A stretch of 56,421 nt of DNA from a virus, in IMG/VR virus record IMGVR_UViG_3300027887_000001, positions 1 to 56,421 of that record, one strand, 5' to 3'. Each line of letters opens with the position of its first letter. Position 1 is the stretch's first letter. The notes below the pieces were generated by a model. It was not told where the DNA came from and did not search any database. It saw only the letters and a program-made list of their open reading frames with translations. Made by a program: the position numbers and the translations under genes. Positions 1 to 8,202 of this stretch are shown piece by piece.

Positions 1-99
1 ATATATATATGATAATAATACATAAACACTTCTACCACCAACACAGATTTTTATACTTGCATATGCTTATAACTTTCATTTCTGAATCAAATGACCATT
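1..99. repeat. Terminal direct repeat / assembly overlap, identical to 56323-56421
   Basis: atatatatatgataataatacataaacac...caaatgaccatt is present at both ends. Unique length is 56322 bp, which implies a circular or terminally redundant genome. Confidence 0.95.
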
Positions 100-180
100 C
101 CTTCATGCTAATATTTATAAGCATATCAGCAGTTCAAATCTGTGAATCTGGCAGCAGAGTTGATTATCGATTATTATCAT
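9..180. repeat. Nested AT-rich inverted repeats in the non-coding junction region
   Basis: atgataataat (9-19) pairs with attattatcat (170-180). atatgcttataa (61-72) pairs with ttataagcatat (115-126). No credible RBS or ORF here. Confidence 0.8.
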
Positions 181-284
181 GTATACCTAACAAAGAACCC
201 GCAAAGGCCCAGGTCATAAAGCGCTGCATATACACACGAAGCAAAGCCCAGAGCAAAGGTTCTTTTTTGGGGGGCGCCTATGTC

Positions 285-320
285 ACTTAGAAATGACCCG
301 GACTCCTATATTATAATTAT
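285..320 (+). promoter_or_regulatory. Conserved TATAAT-rich element A, probable rightward promoter for 392..838
   Basis: acttagaaatgacccggactcctatattataattat matches the reverse complement of 55305-55340 at 33/36 positions. TATAAT boxes at 312-317 and 323-328. Confidence 0.5.
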
Positions 321-391
321 TATATAATGAGACATATCTCCAGGGTACCTCTTATATATCATGTGATCTTCGACCAAGGAACAAGGACACG

Positions 392-838
392 ATGCATATG
401 ACCTATAACAAACGCTACGATCCACAGATCTATGATCAAGTAAACACGGCTCAAGATACCGCGTCTAAGGCTCCAGGTAAACGGTTACCGCTCAAAGTGA
501 TCCGGAAACTTATGATCACCGCTTTAGACAACGATCTTAGAGCAGGGATCAACAGACCCCATTTCAGATGTCCCGGGTGTAATGATCGGTTACCAATTGA
601 CATGGGAACATATGCGAGATTCAATTGGACGCTTCCATATGAGTTGATCTGTAGCGACTGTATCTGTACACTGGATCTTCAGAAACAGAACAACGCCCAG
701 CATCATACGAAACGACACCATGAACCCAAGATCGAAGCCATGGTAATGAAGATCGAGCTCATCAATCCAGCGTCTAAAGGTGAGACGGTCTTGTTGATGG
801 TAACAAATGAGGAGGATCAAACAACCAATAACAAATAA
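392..838 (+). CDS. Hypothetical early protein with CxxC...CxxC zinc-ribbon-like motifs
   Basis: 148-aa ORF, first gene downstream of element A. Contains CPGC and CSDC pairs. Confidence 0.55.
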   Translation: MHMTYNKRYDPQIYDQVNTAQDTASKAPGKRLPLKVIRKLMITALDNDLRAGINRPHFRCPGCNDRLPIDMGTYARFNWTLPYELICSDCICTLDLQKQNNAQHHTKRHHEPKIEAMVMKIELINPASKGETVLLMVTNEEDQTTNNK

Positions 839-942
839 CCCGCGACAATAAACCCCAGTAAAGCGCCCGGTTCACAGATACCAGGGAACAAATGATACTG
901 CTTATGTTACATTATAACGATCAGTAACCAAGGAGAGCGACA

Positions 943-1134
943 ATGACTCGAGACGAATTCAAATCGCTAAAGGTCGGTGATCACGTGAAATATGGTCGTA
1001 GCGTATATCCAATAACCGAGGTTCGAGAAGCTGCGCCGTTTTACCCGCAGCGTATTACTCTCGATACTGACTTCTGTTGGGTTCACGAGACTGATGAGAA
1101 CATCGTAAGTCATCTTACCAAAGTCGATGCTTAG
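943..1134 (+). CDS. Hypothetical protein (63 aa)
   Basis: ATG preceded by aaggagagcgaca RBS. Confidence 0.6.
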   Translation: MTRDEFKSLKVGDHVKYGRSVYPITEVREAAPFYPQRITLDTDFCWVHETDENIVSHLTKVDA

Positions 1135-1144
1135 GAGGCATGAC

Positions 1145-1576
1145 ATGCACCTTCACTTCTTTCACGACATAGAGAATCCGGATCAAAAGCGATCAGTTGA
1201 TGATATGATCAATCGCGAAACGTCAAATGAGGAGACCACTGACTTCCTCCCGATCGAGATAGCTAATATCGACGTCGAGGAGAATGACAACGGCCAGATG
1301 GACCTGTATATCTACACAAACGATCATCATTGGTACGGCGTCATCTCGTTCGATGAACTTGAACAGCTCAATGATGCAGTAGCTCTTTACCAAGGCTGTC
1401 GAACCAGGAAGCGAATACGGGACCTTCTGTATCCGGTAAAAGCATCACGCGATGTTGATTGGTACGTGGAGCTGATCGATGACCAGGATCTTATGGTCCC
1501 AATGTACCGCGATATGTCAGATGAACAGATCATGAGCGACTTCAATCGCTGCATGAAGTATAGAGAGGGGCTATGA
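1145..1576 (+). CDS. Hypothetical acidic protein
   Basis: Start moved from ORF-track 1127 to the in-frame ATG at 1145, 6 nt after AGGAGG (1133-1138). Confidence 0.6.
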   Translation: MHLHFFHDIENPDQKRSVDDMINRETSNEETTDFLPIEIANIDVEENDNGQMDLYIYTNDHHWYGVISFDELEQLNDAVALYQGCRTRKRIRDLLYPVKASRDVDWYVELIDDQDLMVPMYRDMSDEQIMSDFNRCMKYREGL

Positions 1577-1833
1577 ACATGAACATTATCAAGACGCATG
1601 ATGACATTAGTCATCTGAAAGAGTATCAAGATGGTCGCAATCGCGTAGAGCGATGCGATCTGAACGTAGCCATTGATCAAGAGAGCGATGCTGAATTGAT
1701 GGTCGCGATAAGCGCGCTCACTGAATCGCTCATAAACGATGGTACGATGACGCTACGCGAATCAGGCGATACCATGTTCGATTGGCGCGATGATACCTGC
1801 GTATGGATCAGGTGGCATAGAGAGAAGCTATGA
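1573..1833 (+). CDS. Hypothetical protein (86 aa)
   Basis: ATGA start/stop overlap with the upstream gene, suggesting translational coupling. Confidence 0.55.
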   Translation: MNMNIIKTHDDISHLKEYQDGRNRVERCDLNVAIDQESDAELMVAISALTESLINDGTMTLRESGDTMFDWRDDTCVWIRWHREKL

Positions 1834-2315
1834 ACAACACACGTGTTCGACGCTTAGATCTCGGTGGTACGGCGTGTTACGATGATCCGATGGCTGTAGC
1901 AATGAGTCTCGACGGCACGACATTGGATAAGGAATGTACACCCATCGTCATCGGTGACTTCGCTAACATCCCGTTTCCAAATGAGACGTTCGATAGTGCA
2001 CTCGGCGCATGCTTCCTCGAAGGCAGCGATAATATGAAACCCGGCGAGACGCTCGCAGAGGATCTCGCTCGAAGCTATCGCGAAGTGTATCGCGTCCTGA
2101 AACCTGGTGCAGAGCTCAAGGTAATGAGTTGCGGCGGCTTTGAACCATGTCATCTGATCGAAGGTCTAAAGGCTGGATTCACAATGATCTCGGGTCCAGG
2201 GCTCTATCTCGAGTACAGTGGTCCAGATGATGGGATGGATAATTACGACGTCAAGGTTACATATAGTGAGCCCATTACATTCTGTAAGGCGGCAAAGGAG
2301 GCCGACAATGAATAA
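1830..2315 (+). CDS. Class I SAM-dependent methyltransferase-like protein (short, motif I partly degenerate)
   Basis: RRLDLGGTA (motif I-like), GDFANIPFPNETFD and EVYRVLKPGAEL resemble the Methyltransf_11 pattern. Confidence 0.45.
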   Translation: MNNTRVRRLDLGGTACYDDPMAVAMSLDGTTLDKECTPIVIGDFANIPFPNETFDSALGACFLEGSDNMKPGETLAEDLARSYREVYRVLKPGAELKVMSCGGFEPCHLIEGLKAGFTMISGPGLYLEYSGPDDGMDNYDVKVTYSEPITFCKAAKEADNE

Positions 2316-2772
2316 GGTACAAAGAACCCACGAAGCATTAGATATGCTGTTGACACTCGCGCAAAGCGAGAATGATGCGATCTTCGACATCAGCGTAACA
2401 ACGATGAAGTTCGACGAAGATCTAGCGTCAGGTGAACTGATCCAAGAAACGAAGACAGAGTTCATCGCTGAGATCATCGGTACAACGCTTCAGGAGTACG
2501 AGATTGAGTCTATGATGAAGCGCATCGAGATCGAGTACTATGGCACTGAGGTCAAGGAATCGCACATTGATCTCGAGCCTACGCACGCGGACGTATACCA
2601 TCTGGCGTTGACTGGTGTCGAACTGATCACGGCTTGGGCATTGGATCAAGTTGACATCGATGGTGACACAGTTCAAGTTGATGAGATCATGAACGAATGG
2701 CACGAGATGCTGCACACGAAACTCGAGCAACGGATCCATGACAACACTCAGCGCAAACTGAACGGCTCATAG
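2308..2772 (+). CDS. Hypothetical acidic protein
   Basis: Start moved to ATG 2308 behind aaaggagg. The ORF-track start at 2218 overlaps the upstream gene. Confidence 0.6.
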   Translation: MNKVQRTHEALDMLLTLAQSENDAIFDISVTTMKFDEDLASGELIQETKTEFIAEIIGTTLQEYEIESMMKRIEIEYYGTEVKESHIDLEPTHADVYHLALTGVELITAWALDQVDIDGDTVQVDEIMNEWHEMLHTKLEQRIHDNTQRKLNGS

Positions 2773-2782
2773 GAGGCATAAC

Positions 2783-2884
2783 ATGTTCAGACGTCCTGTA
2801 GCGATATTAGATGGTGCCGTACTAGGCGTTGTAATCATAGCGCTCGTGATCATGGGAACCATGATGTTTGCCCTGGTTCATTAG
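2783..2884 (+). CDS. Small hydrophobic peptide (33 aa), absent from the ORF track
   Basis: AGGAGG at 2771-2776, then ATG 2783. Translation MFRRPVAILDGAVLGVVIIALVIMGTMMFALVH contains one predicted TM helix. Confidence 0.45.
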   Translation: MFRRPVAILDGAVLGVVIIALVIMGTMMFALVH

Positions 2885-2894
2885 GAGGAGTGAA

Positions 2895-3365
2895 ATGACC
2901 CGCAACAATAAGAAACGGCACGAGAACGCACATCGAGTGCTCTTCGACACCAGTGATCGCAAGAGAGCCGTGGAACGTGTACGTCGCGTTCTGTATCGAA
3001 CCGAGCGACCTGGTCATCTGATCGAGGAATACATCGAAGGTATCGATGATGCAGGTAATTGGGGCTCGTATCAACCAAATCGGAACACGATGCCAGATGT
3101 TGGGAACAGCGACGACGCGTTGATCACAGACTTCGATCTCTTTGTCCAGATACGCGATGAGGATATCGCAAAGCAGGTGGCAGCTGAGGCTGAAGCAGCA
3201 GCGGAGGCTAGAGCGACGGCTGAACGCATCAAGCAAGAGATAGATGCGAAGGCGGCGAGCGCGCTTGGCCCTGGTACCTCAGAGGTGGATTTGGACGAGG
3301 TAAATGATGCTGAGCTCTCTGCGAAGCATATCAATGAGCCGACCGTTGATAACCACTCATGGTAG
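2895..3365 (+). CDS. Hypothetical protein with Ala/Glu-rich helical segment
   Basis: Start at ATG 2895 after AGGAGG (2884-2889). Confidence 0.6.
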   Translation: MTRNNKKRHENAHRVLFDTSDRKRAVERVRRVLYRTERPGHLIEEYIEGIDDAGNWGSYQPNRNTMPDVGNSDDALITDFDLFVQIRDEDIAKQVAAEAEAAAEARATAERIKQEIDAKAASALGPGTSEVDLDEVNDAELSAKHINEPTVDNHSW

Positions 3366-3374
3366 GAGGACAGA

Positions 3375-3698
3375 ATGACCCAGAAGAAAGTAACCGTGTA
3401 CTTTGAAACGGCTCATGCAGATGAGCAACTGCTGAGTCGCGCGGTGGAAAGAGCAGTGGAACAGATTGGTGACTCGTGCGTGCTATCCTCGCATCTCGAC
3501 GATGTCGAGGTGGCCATCCCAATCACCAACGTCGCTGCACTTCGTAGCATCTACCGCATCATCGACTTCTACACTGGCGAAGTGCTCGAAGAGCATGAGT
3601 ATCTACCCGCGGACGAATTGATCCGTAACCTCGTTTCATATGACGAGAAGGGTGTCGCAGTGTTCCTGAGCGTACACCACATTCAGAAGGAGGAATGA
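3375..3698 (+). CDS. Hypothetical protein (107 aa)
   Basis: taggaggacagaATG RBS context. Confidence 0.6.
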   Translation: MTQKKVTVYFETAHADEQLLSRAVERAVEQIGDSCVLSSHLDDVEVAIPITNVAALRSIYRIIDFYTGEVLEEHEYLPADELIRNLVSYDEKGVAVFLSVHHIQKEE

Positions 3699-3699
3699 C

Positions 3700-3882
3700 A
3701 TGGCATACGAACAGACAGAAGAATCAAAGGCCACTCTCGCGCAGATGGATGCAGCTGCAGCCGAAGCAGCGAAGGAAATACCGATCACCGGCACCGCTGT
3801 TGAGCTCTTGCAGTGGTACAAGAAGTGGCACATGAAAGCGGGCTACAAACGCCTCGGTAAGCTGATGAAGGCGCTAGTCTAG
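3700..3882 (+). CDS. Hypothetical protein (60 aa)
   Basis: aaggaggaatgacATG context, tightly packed after the previous stop. Confidence 0.5.
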   Translation: MAYEQTEESKATLAQMDAAAAEAAKEIPITGTAVELLQWYKKWHMKAGYKRLGKLMKALV

Positions 3883-3907
3883 CGCAGCAACACATCGCCA
3901 TACGGCG

Positions 3908-3979
3908 AAACCTCAGCCACGCACTATCTATGCAGGGCAAAGCTTCCATCCACGCGCCCTGTGTAGATGGCTGAGGTTT
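3908..3979 (+). other. Structured intergenic element (12-bp outer stem enclosing a second 6-bp stem)
   Basis: aaacctcagcca (3908-3919) pairs with tggctgaggttt (3968-3979). Inner cagggc (3933-3938) pairs with gccctg (3956-3961). Lies in a 167-nt gap between genes. Confidence 0.4.
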
Positions 3980-4049
3980 GCGGTGAACTGACCCAACCCG
4001 TACTGATGAGCCGGGGTCATGGAGCAACGTGCTTAGGAGGCACGTACAT

Positions 4050-4358
4050 ATGAACGCAGAAGAAGCAATCAAGAACGTAGGAGTACTTGCTGAGAAGCGC
4101 TTCAGTTCGAAGATCGCAAGCCTCATCGTTGAGGAACTGATCAAGCAGTCCAAGGATCGAAGTCACCAATACGACATCCAGCTCTGTGAGGAAGTCGCAA
4201 CACCCATTGCAGAAGAAGCTCGCAAGCGGATCAAGCGCGACAGCACTTCGGACGACGACGAGGAGTTCTTCAAGCTGGAAGAGATGCTCTACCACGATGC
4301 CCTTGTTTACCTTCGATCTGGGGTTGGTTACCACGATTCAGGATGGCCGAGCATATGA
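4050..4358 (+). CDS. Hypothetical protein
   Basis: Start at ATG 4050 after AGGAGG (4035-4040). The ORF-track start at 4029 is a GTG inside the RBS region. Confidence 0.6.
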   Translation: MNAEEAIKNVGVLAEKRFSSKIASLIVEELIKQSKDRSHQYDIQLCEEVATPIAEEARKRIKRDSTSDDDEEFFKLEEMLYHDALVYLRSGVGYHDSGWPSI

Positions 4359-4666
4359 GCGCCAATGATGCTATGCGCAATACGAGCAGCGACAAAGCTC
4401 GTGAGTTTGATGCCGAGGTTGCGAAGCACCTGCTCGACTATCTTGAGCAGATAACGCAGACCGAAGGACAGGAGTTCGACATTCTGTTCAACGAGACGAT
4501 CCAAGCGTTCATTGCCAAAGAAGCGCATCAAAGGCTCGAGCGCATCATGACGGAGAACGACGAAGAGTGGATTCAGACAGAGAACTTGTTGTACAAGGAA
4601 GTGCTCCGATTCATACGCACTGCTATCCAGACGGAAGCAACGCGTAATCACGTATATCATCGCTAA
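4343..4666 (+). CDS. Hypothetical protein (107 aa)
   Basis: ORF in the co-directional early block. Start uncertain (ATG 4343 or 4355). Confidence 0.5.
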   Translation: MAEHMSANDAMRNTSSDKAREFDAEVAKHLLDYLEQITQTEGQEFDILFNETIQAFIAKEAHQRLERIMTENDEEWIQTENLLYKEVLRFIRTAIQTEATRNHVYHR

Positions 4667-4677
4667 GGAGGCGTGAT

Positions 4678-4920
4678 ATGGCGCAACATTGTGGTACGAA
4701 GGTTGAAGTAGGAACGCGACACGACGGAACACCGATCGAGCGCGATTGCGGGTCGTATTGGGATAGCGAGATGGTGCTATGCGATACGTGCCAAGCCAAG
4801 TACGAGCACAAGTATCCACAGGGCTGGCGATACTATCCAGGCGACGTGTGCAAGCATGGTGTCTATGTTGGCGGTTGCGGAGCCGATATAATGTGTGGAG
4901 AATGTGAGAGTGGCCGATGA
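4678..4920 (+). CDS. Cysteine-rich zinc-binding protein (80 aa)
   Basis: aaggaggcgtgatATG RBS. Ten Cys, including CDTC and CGEC pairs. Confidence 0.6.
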   Translation: MAQHCGTKVEVGTRHDGTPIERDCGSYWDSEMVLCDTCQAKYEHKYPQGWRYYPGDVCKHGVYVGGCGADIMCGECESGR

Positions 4921-5480
4921 AACCATATCTTAGCAAGGCGATCTATCAGGCGTTACAAGAACCCGATCACAGCGAGTTGATTGAGATCATGCAACGAGCA
5001 CCCGGACAAGAGGAGTGCATTGACATTGCAACCCGCTTTATGGACGAGATGCGAGACTTGATTCTTGAGATCCCAGGCGTTGCAGACGCGATCATGAAAG
5101 CGATTCCAGACGATTACCGATGGGATGACCTTGATGATCATCCAAGCAAGAGTAGCTTGGTGTATCAGTACGTGTGGGATCTAATGAACACGTGCGACAA
5201 CACGCTACATAAGGTCAAGTCGTGGCGAGACATCTCGAGCATCCATCAAGAAGTTCCAGGCTACGAGCACTGCGTCGAAGTAACCTTCGATCGAGACTTC
5301 TGGAACGATGAGCAGAAAGAAGCCATGCAGGAAACGGCACGCGATCTCTGCCGAGAAGAAGTTGGTTACATAACAGATGCACAAGATCTTGGTGTGAATC
5401 TCGACTTCGATTGGCGAGATGACCATGAAGTTTGGGTACGCTTCAACGACGTACCTGCAACGGAGGATCTCGATGCCTAA
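4917..5480 (+). CDS. Hypothetical acidic protein (187 aa)
   Basis: ATGA overlap with the upstream stop. Confidence 0.6.
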   Translation: MKPYLSKAIYQALQEPDHSELIEIMQRAPGQEECIDIATRFMDEMRDLILEIPGVADAIMKAIPDDYRWDDLDDHPSKSSLVYQYVWDLMNTCDNTLHKVKSWRDISSIHQEVPGYEHCVEVTFDRDFWNDEQKEAMQETARDLCREEVGYITDAQDLGVNLDFDWRDDHEVWVRFNDVPATEDLDA

Positions 5481-5688
5481 GATCGTAACACGTGTGTTGT
5501 TAGTAACATACACCGAGGACGATGAAACTCAGGATATCACGCTCAAAGATGTTCGCGAGCAGCGTCCCAACGATGTAGTCGAGCTACCGATCAAGTATCT
5601 CGACAACGGTACCCGAGGAGTAATACTGTTTCGTAGTCGAGATGACGAGACAGGTTGCTCATTACTGATCATCGAGAACAAGTTCTAG
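5473..5688 (+). CDS. Hypothetical protein (71 aa)
   Basis: Start moved to ATG 5473 behind ggagga (5462-5467). Confidence 0.55.
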   Translation: MPKIVTRVLLVTYTEDDETQDITLKDVREQRPNDVVELPIKYLDNGTRGVILFRSRDDETGCSLLIIENKF

Positions 5689-5704
5689 AGCATAGGAGGC
5701 TCAC

Positions 5705-5911
5705 ATGAAGACAATTCGAAACAAGACTGATGGCGTTGCGAAGCGGTTCGCGAATCACATTGCAGAGCAACTCGTTGCGAACGAATCCGAGAAGTACGAG
5801 TACTGCCCGAAGCACGTATATCGCGGGCAGGAATGCGTTCGCAACGGCATCGCAACCGCGCTGAACACAAAAGTTGTCGTAACCGAGGTGAAAGATGATA
5901 CCGAATCCTAG
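5705..5911 (+). CDS. Hypothetical protein (68 aa)
   Basis: ataggaggctcacATG RBS. Confidence 0.6.
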   Translation: MKTIRNKTDGVAKRFANHIAEQLVANESEKYEYCPKHVYRGQECVRNGIATALNTKVVVTEVKDDTES

Positions 5912-6266
5912 TGAACTCGAGACAGCAACGCGGGCTGAGCTTTTCCGCCTAGGTCAAGCGCATGGTTCCTTCAGTTTGGGAGCCATCGATCAAGGCGTTG
6001 ATCTCCTTCTGGGAGGCGTGATCCTCAGCGATCCACGACATCCTGAACGTGTAGGTACGTGTCCGAATGTGATCTTCGAATCGCTTGTCGAGAACTACTT
6101 CGACAAGATTGAGATGCCTAATCTACTCACCGAGTTCGATTTCGCACCTGATAGCTACGGTGATGTATACATGGGTGCAATCGAGAAGTTCGCGAAGGAT
6201 CAAGGTGTTGACATCGAATGTGATGCTCACATCGAGGCGTTCGAGCGACATCTCAAGAAAGAGTAA
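5895..6266 (+). CDS. Hypothetical protein (123 aa)
   Basis: gaggtgaaagATG RBS. Short overlap with the upstream gene. Confidence 0.55.
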   Translation: MIPNPSELETATRAELFRLGQAHGSFSLGAIDQGVDLLLGGVILSDPRHPERVGTCPNVIFESLVENYFDKIEMPNLLTEFDFAPDSYGDVYMGAIEKFAKDQGVDIECDAHIEAFERHLKKE

Positions 6267-6438
6267 CAGCAAGACGCTAGACCCCGATTGCATAACACCG
6301 CATAGGGGTCCAGCTAACGGGTGACGAGCGTGCTGTAGAATGATGACATGACATCGAAGACAGACTCCTTCTCGACTCGTCACTCGTTACCTGGACCCGT
6401 ATGAACGGGCAAGGATAAGCGCAAAGGAGGCGCTACAT

Positions 6439-6666
6439 ATGCAACACCGACCAAGAACACCGTACGCTCAACTATCGTGTATGTACTTCATCCTGATCTT
6501 GATTGCGTTCGTTGGACTTACTGCTGGAATCCTTCAGCGAACAAAGATGCGGGAGATCCCACATTGCAACGAAGACGTTGTGCTCGTTGGCACGGGGCGC
6601 TTTGAGAATGGCATGTGGTCAGGTTACGAATGTGGACCAGCCGTTGACGATTTCATTGGAGGGTAA
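6439..6666 (+). CDS. Small membrane protein (75 aa, one TM helix)
   Basis: aaaggaggcgctacatATG. Hydrophobic stretch CMYFILILIAFVGLTAGIL. Confidence 0.55.
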   Translation: MQHRPRTPYAQLSCMYFILILIAFVGLTAGILQRTKMREIPHCNEDVVLVGTGRFENGMWSGYECGPAVDDFIGG

Positions 6667-6670
6667 CATC

Positions 6671-6874
6671 ATGGCATTCGCAACCGAGATTGCTCAACAG
6701 ATACTGGACGACAAGAAACTTCGCAAGGCTCGACGCCTCGTAATGATTCGCTATTTGCGGGCACACATTGACGAGATTGGTGATATGAATCTCAGGCGTA
6801 AGATTATGCTCTTCCCATCAGATCTCTCAGATGAGCGAATGGCTAAGTTGGTACTTGGTGTCGCAGGGCTTTGA
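6671..6874 (+). CDS. Hypothetical protein (67 aa)
   Basis: Start moved to ATG 6671. The ORF-track 5' extension overlaps the previous gene in another frame. Confidence 0.5.
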   Translation: MAFATEIAQQILDDKKLRKARRLVMIRYLRAHIDEIGDMNLRRKIMLFPSDLSDERMAKLVLGVAGL

Positions 6875-6951
6875 TTTGCCCAGGAGCCTTCACGATGGAT
6901 TTTGGTACAACGTATGGTTTCATGCCCAAAATGAATGGAAAGGAGGACGTA

Positions 6952-7191
6952 ATGCCTAAGACAGGATACAACGAAGAACAGAAGATGCGTGTGTTGTTCA
7001 AGGATTACCTTGATACTCTCAACAACAAGGACTTCGACGAATGGTATTGCACTCGACGCCAAGTATCCCGGGAGGTCTTCAAGGACTTCTTCAAGTGGCT
7101 CAAGAAGCACAACCAACGTATGATTGCCAAGCAGCTCAAGGCAGTGCCTGCCCATATGCGCTACCCGATTGATGGAAAGAAGGAGGAATGA
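6952..7191 (+). CDS. Hypothetical protein (79 aa)
   Basis: Start at ATG 6952, 5 nt after AGGAGG (6941-6946). Confidence 0.55.
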   Translation: MPKTGYNEEQKMRVLFKDYLDTLNNKDFDEWYCTRRQVSREVFKDFFKWLKKHNQRMIAKQLKAVPAHMRYPIDGKKEE

Positions 7192-7192
7192 T

Positions 7193-7741
7193 ATGAACGT
7201 TGAACTAGTACACCTCGGTATCTTTACGAGTGGTACCGAGCAAGAGGTTCGAAGGTTGTGGAAGCGCTTGGTGCGTGAAGGTGCGCATCCTGCGATGCAA
7301 CCATTCCAAGATGTTGATACAGGAGAGTGGGCATCCGTACTGCAACTGTATTCGTACGAAACGCCAGACGAGGAAGTGCAAACGAAAGACTTCCAACTCA
7401 AGGTCAAGCGTCTTATCTACCTAGTGTTCCTTGCCAGAGCGCGATCATTGGGGCTCACGATTTTCTACGATGTCATGTCACGTAAGGCTGATAAGGGCAA
7501 ACGGCGCATGTATGTCCATGTGAAGGGATCTGCAGCACACGATAGCCAATTGGTGGTCCTTGCAACCCGTATCGCACCGAAGTCGACTGATCATCACGTC
7601 TACTTTGCACGTGCAGCTAACTACGTTTCTGATCTACCTGCAGGTGGTTACGCTGGCGATCCTGCATTGAGCATCACTCTCACAGATCTGGGTGTTGTCA
7701 AGCCAAGAGGAGGCAAACATGTACGTGCCAAGCGGAAATAG
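7193..7741 (+). CDS. Hypothetical protein (182 aa)
   Basis: Start at ATG 7193 after aaggagga (7180-7187). Confidence 0.6.
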   Translation: MNVELVHLGIFTSGTEQEVRRLWKRLVREGAHPAMQPFQDVDTGEWASVLQLYSYETPDEEVQTKDFQLKVKRLIYLVFLARARSLGLTIFYDVMSRKADKGKRRMYVHVKGSAAHDSQLVVLATRIAPKSTDHHVYFARAANYVSDLPAGGYAGDPALSITLTDLGVVKPRGGKHVRAKRK

Positions 7742-7841
7742 TAAGTCGCAAGGTTGTTGTCTAGGTAGGATACTCTTGTGGATCATCATCATCCTATGTG
7801 CTTGTAGCTGTCTATTGCTCATCTTAGGACAACTCACATAG
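7719..7841 (+). CDS. Small Cys-rich membrane peptide (40 aa), absent from the ORF track
   Basis: aagaggaggcaaacATG. Translation MYVPSGNSKSQGCCLGRILLWIIIILCACSCLLLILGQLT. Confidence 0.45.
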   Translation: MYVPSGNSKSQGCCLGRILLWIIIILCACSCLLLILGQLT

Positions 7842-7869
7842 GTTCTAAATTGGGTGGGGCTTTTGACCC

Positions 7870-7898
7870 TTGTGAATTTTTATGTTCTATGTTATAAT
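7870..7898 (+). promoter_or_regulatory. Sigma70-type promoter (TTGTGA-17 nt-TATAAT) inside an inverted repeat
   Basis: -35 at 7870-7875 and -10 at 7893-7898. Arms ttgacccttgtgaattttt (7863-7881) and aaaaattcagggtcaa (7909-7924) flank the -10. Confidence 0.65.
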
Positions 7899-7985
7899 TA
7901 TGTATCATAAAAATTCAGGGTCAAGGTATCCACTCAACCCAAGCTATCATTCTGCTTGGGATCCATTATAAGGAAGGAGGTCATA

Positions 7986-8201
7986 ATGAACCATGCACAA
8001 GAATGTCTCAAGTTCCTCAGCAAGTGGCAACGTCTCGTACCCCCCGAACGTAGGAACGAGTTCATTGAAGATGCTCGTGCCTTCAATCTGCATGCCACTG
8101 CTTCTTATGAGGCAGGACGTGCAAATGGGACTTTAGGTCCTAACTATCTGCAAGGATGTTTAGATACCTTGCATCCAATTGATTACACTAAGGAGGTGTA
8201 A
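7986..8201 (+). CDS. Hypothetical protein (71 aa)
   Basis: Start at ATG 7986 after aaggaaggagg. The ORF-track start is a TTG. Confidence 0.6.
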   Translation: MNHAQECLKFLSKWQRLVPPERRNEFIEDARAFNLHATASYEAGRANGTLGPNYLQGCLDTLHPIDYTKEV

Positions 8202-8202
8202 T

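Noticed and set aside
9-290. 93-aa ORF at the start of the window
   Set aside because: It has no ribosome-binding site and an implausible His/Phe/Ile/Ser-rich composition. It lies in an AT-rich palindromic region and would run into promoter-like element A. Treated as non-coding.
4328-4936. Long antisense ORFs: 4328-4936(-), 6751-7407(-), 20783-21262(-), 40360-40941(+), 46691-47059(+), 48510-48854(+)
   Set aside because: Each lies opposite a better-supported gene with SD-linked starts or clear motifs. Their products are Arg/Ser/Cys/Leu-rich shadow-frame sequences without ribosome-binding sites.
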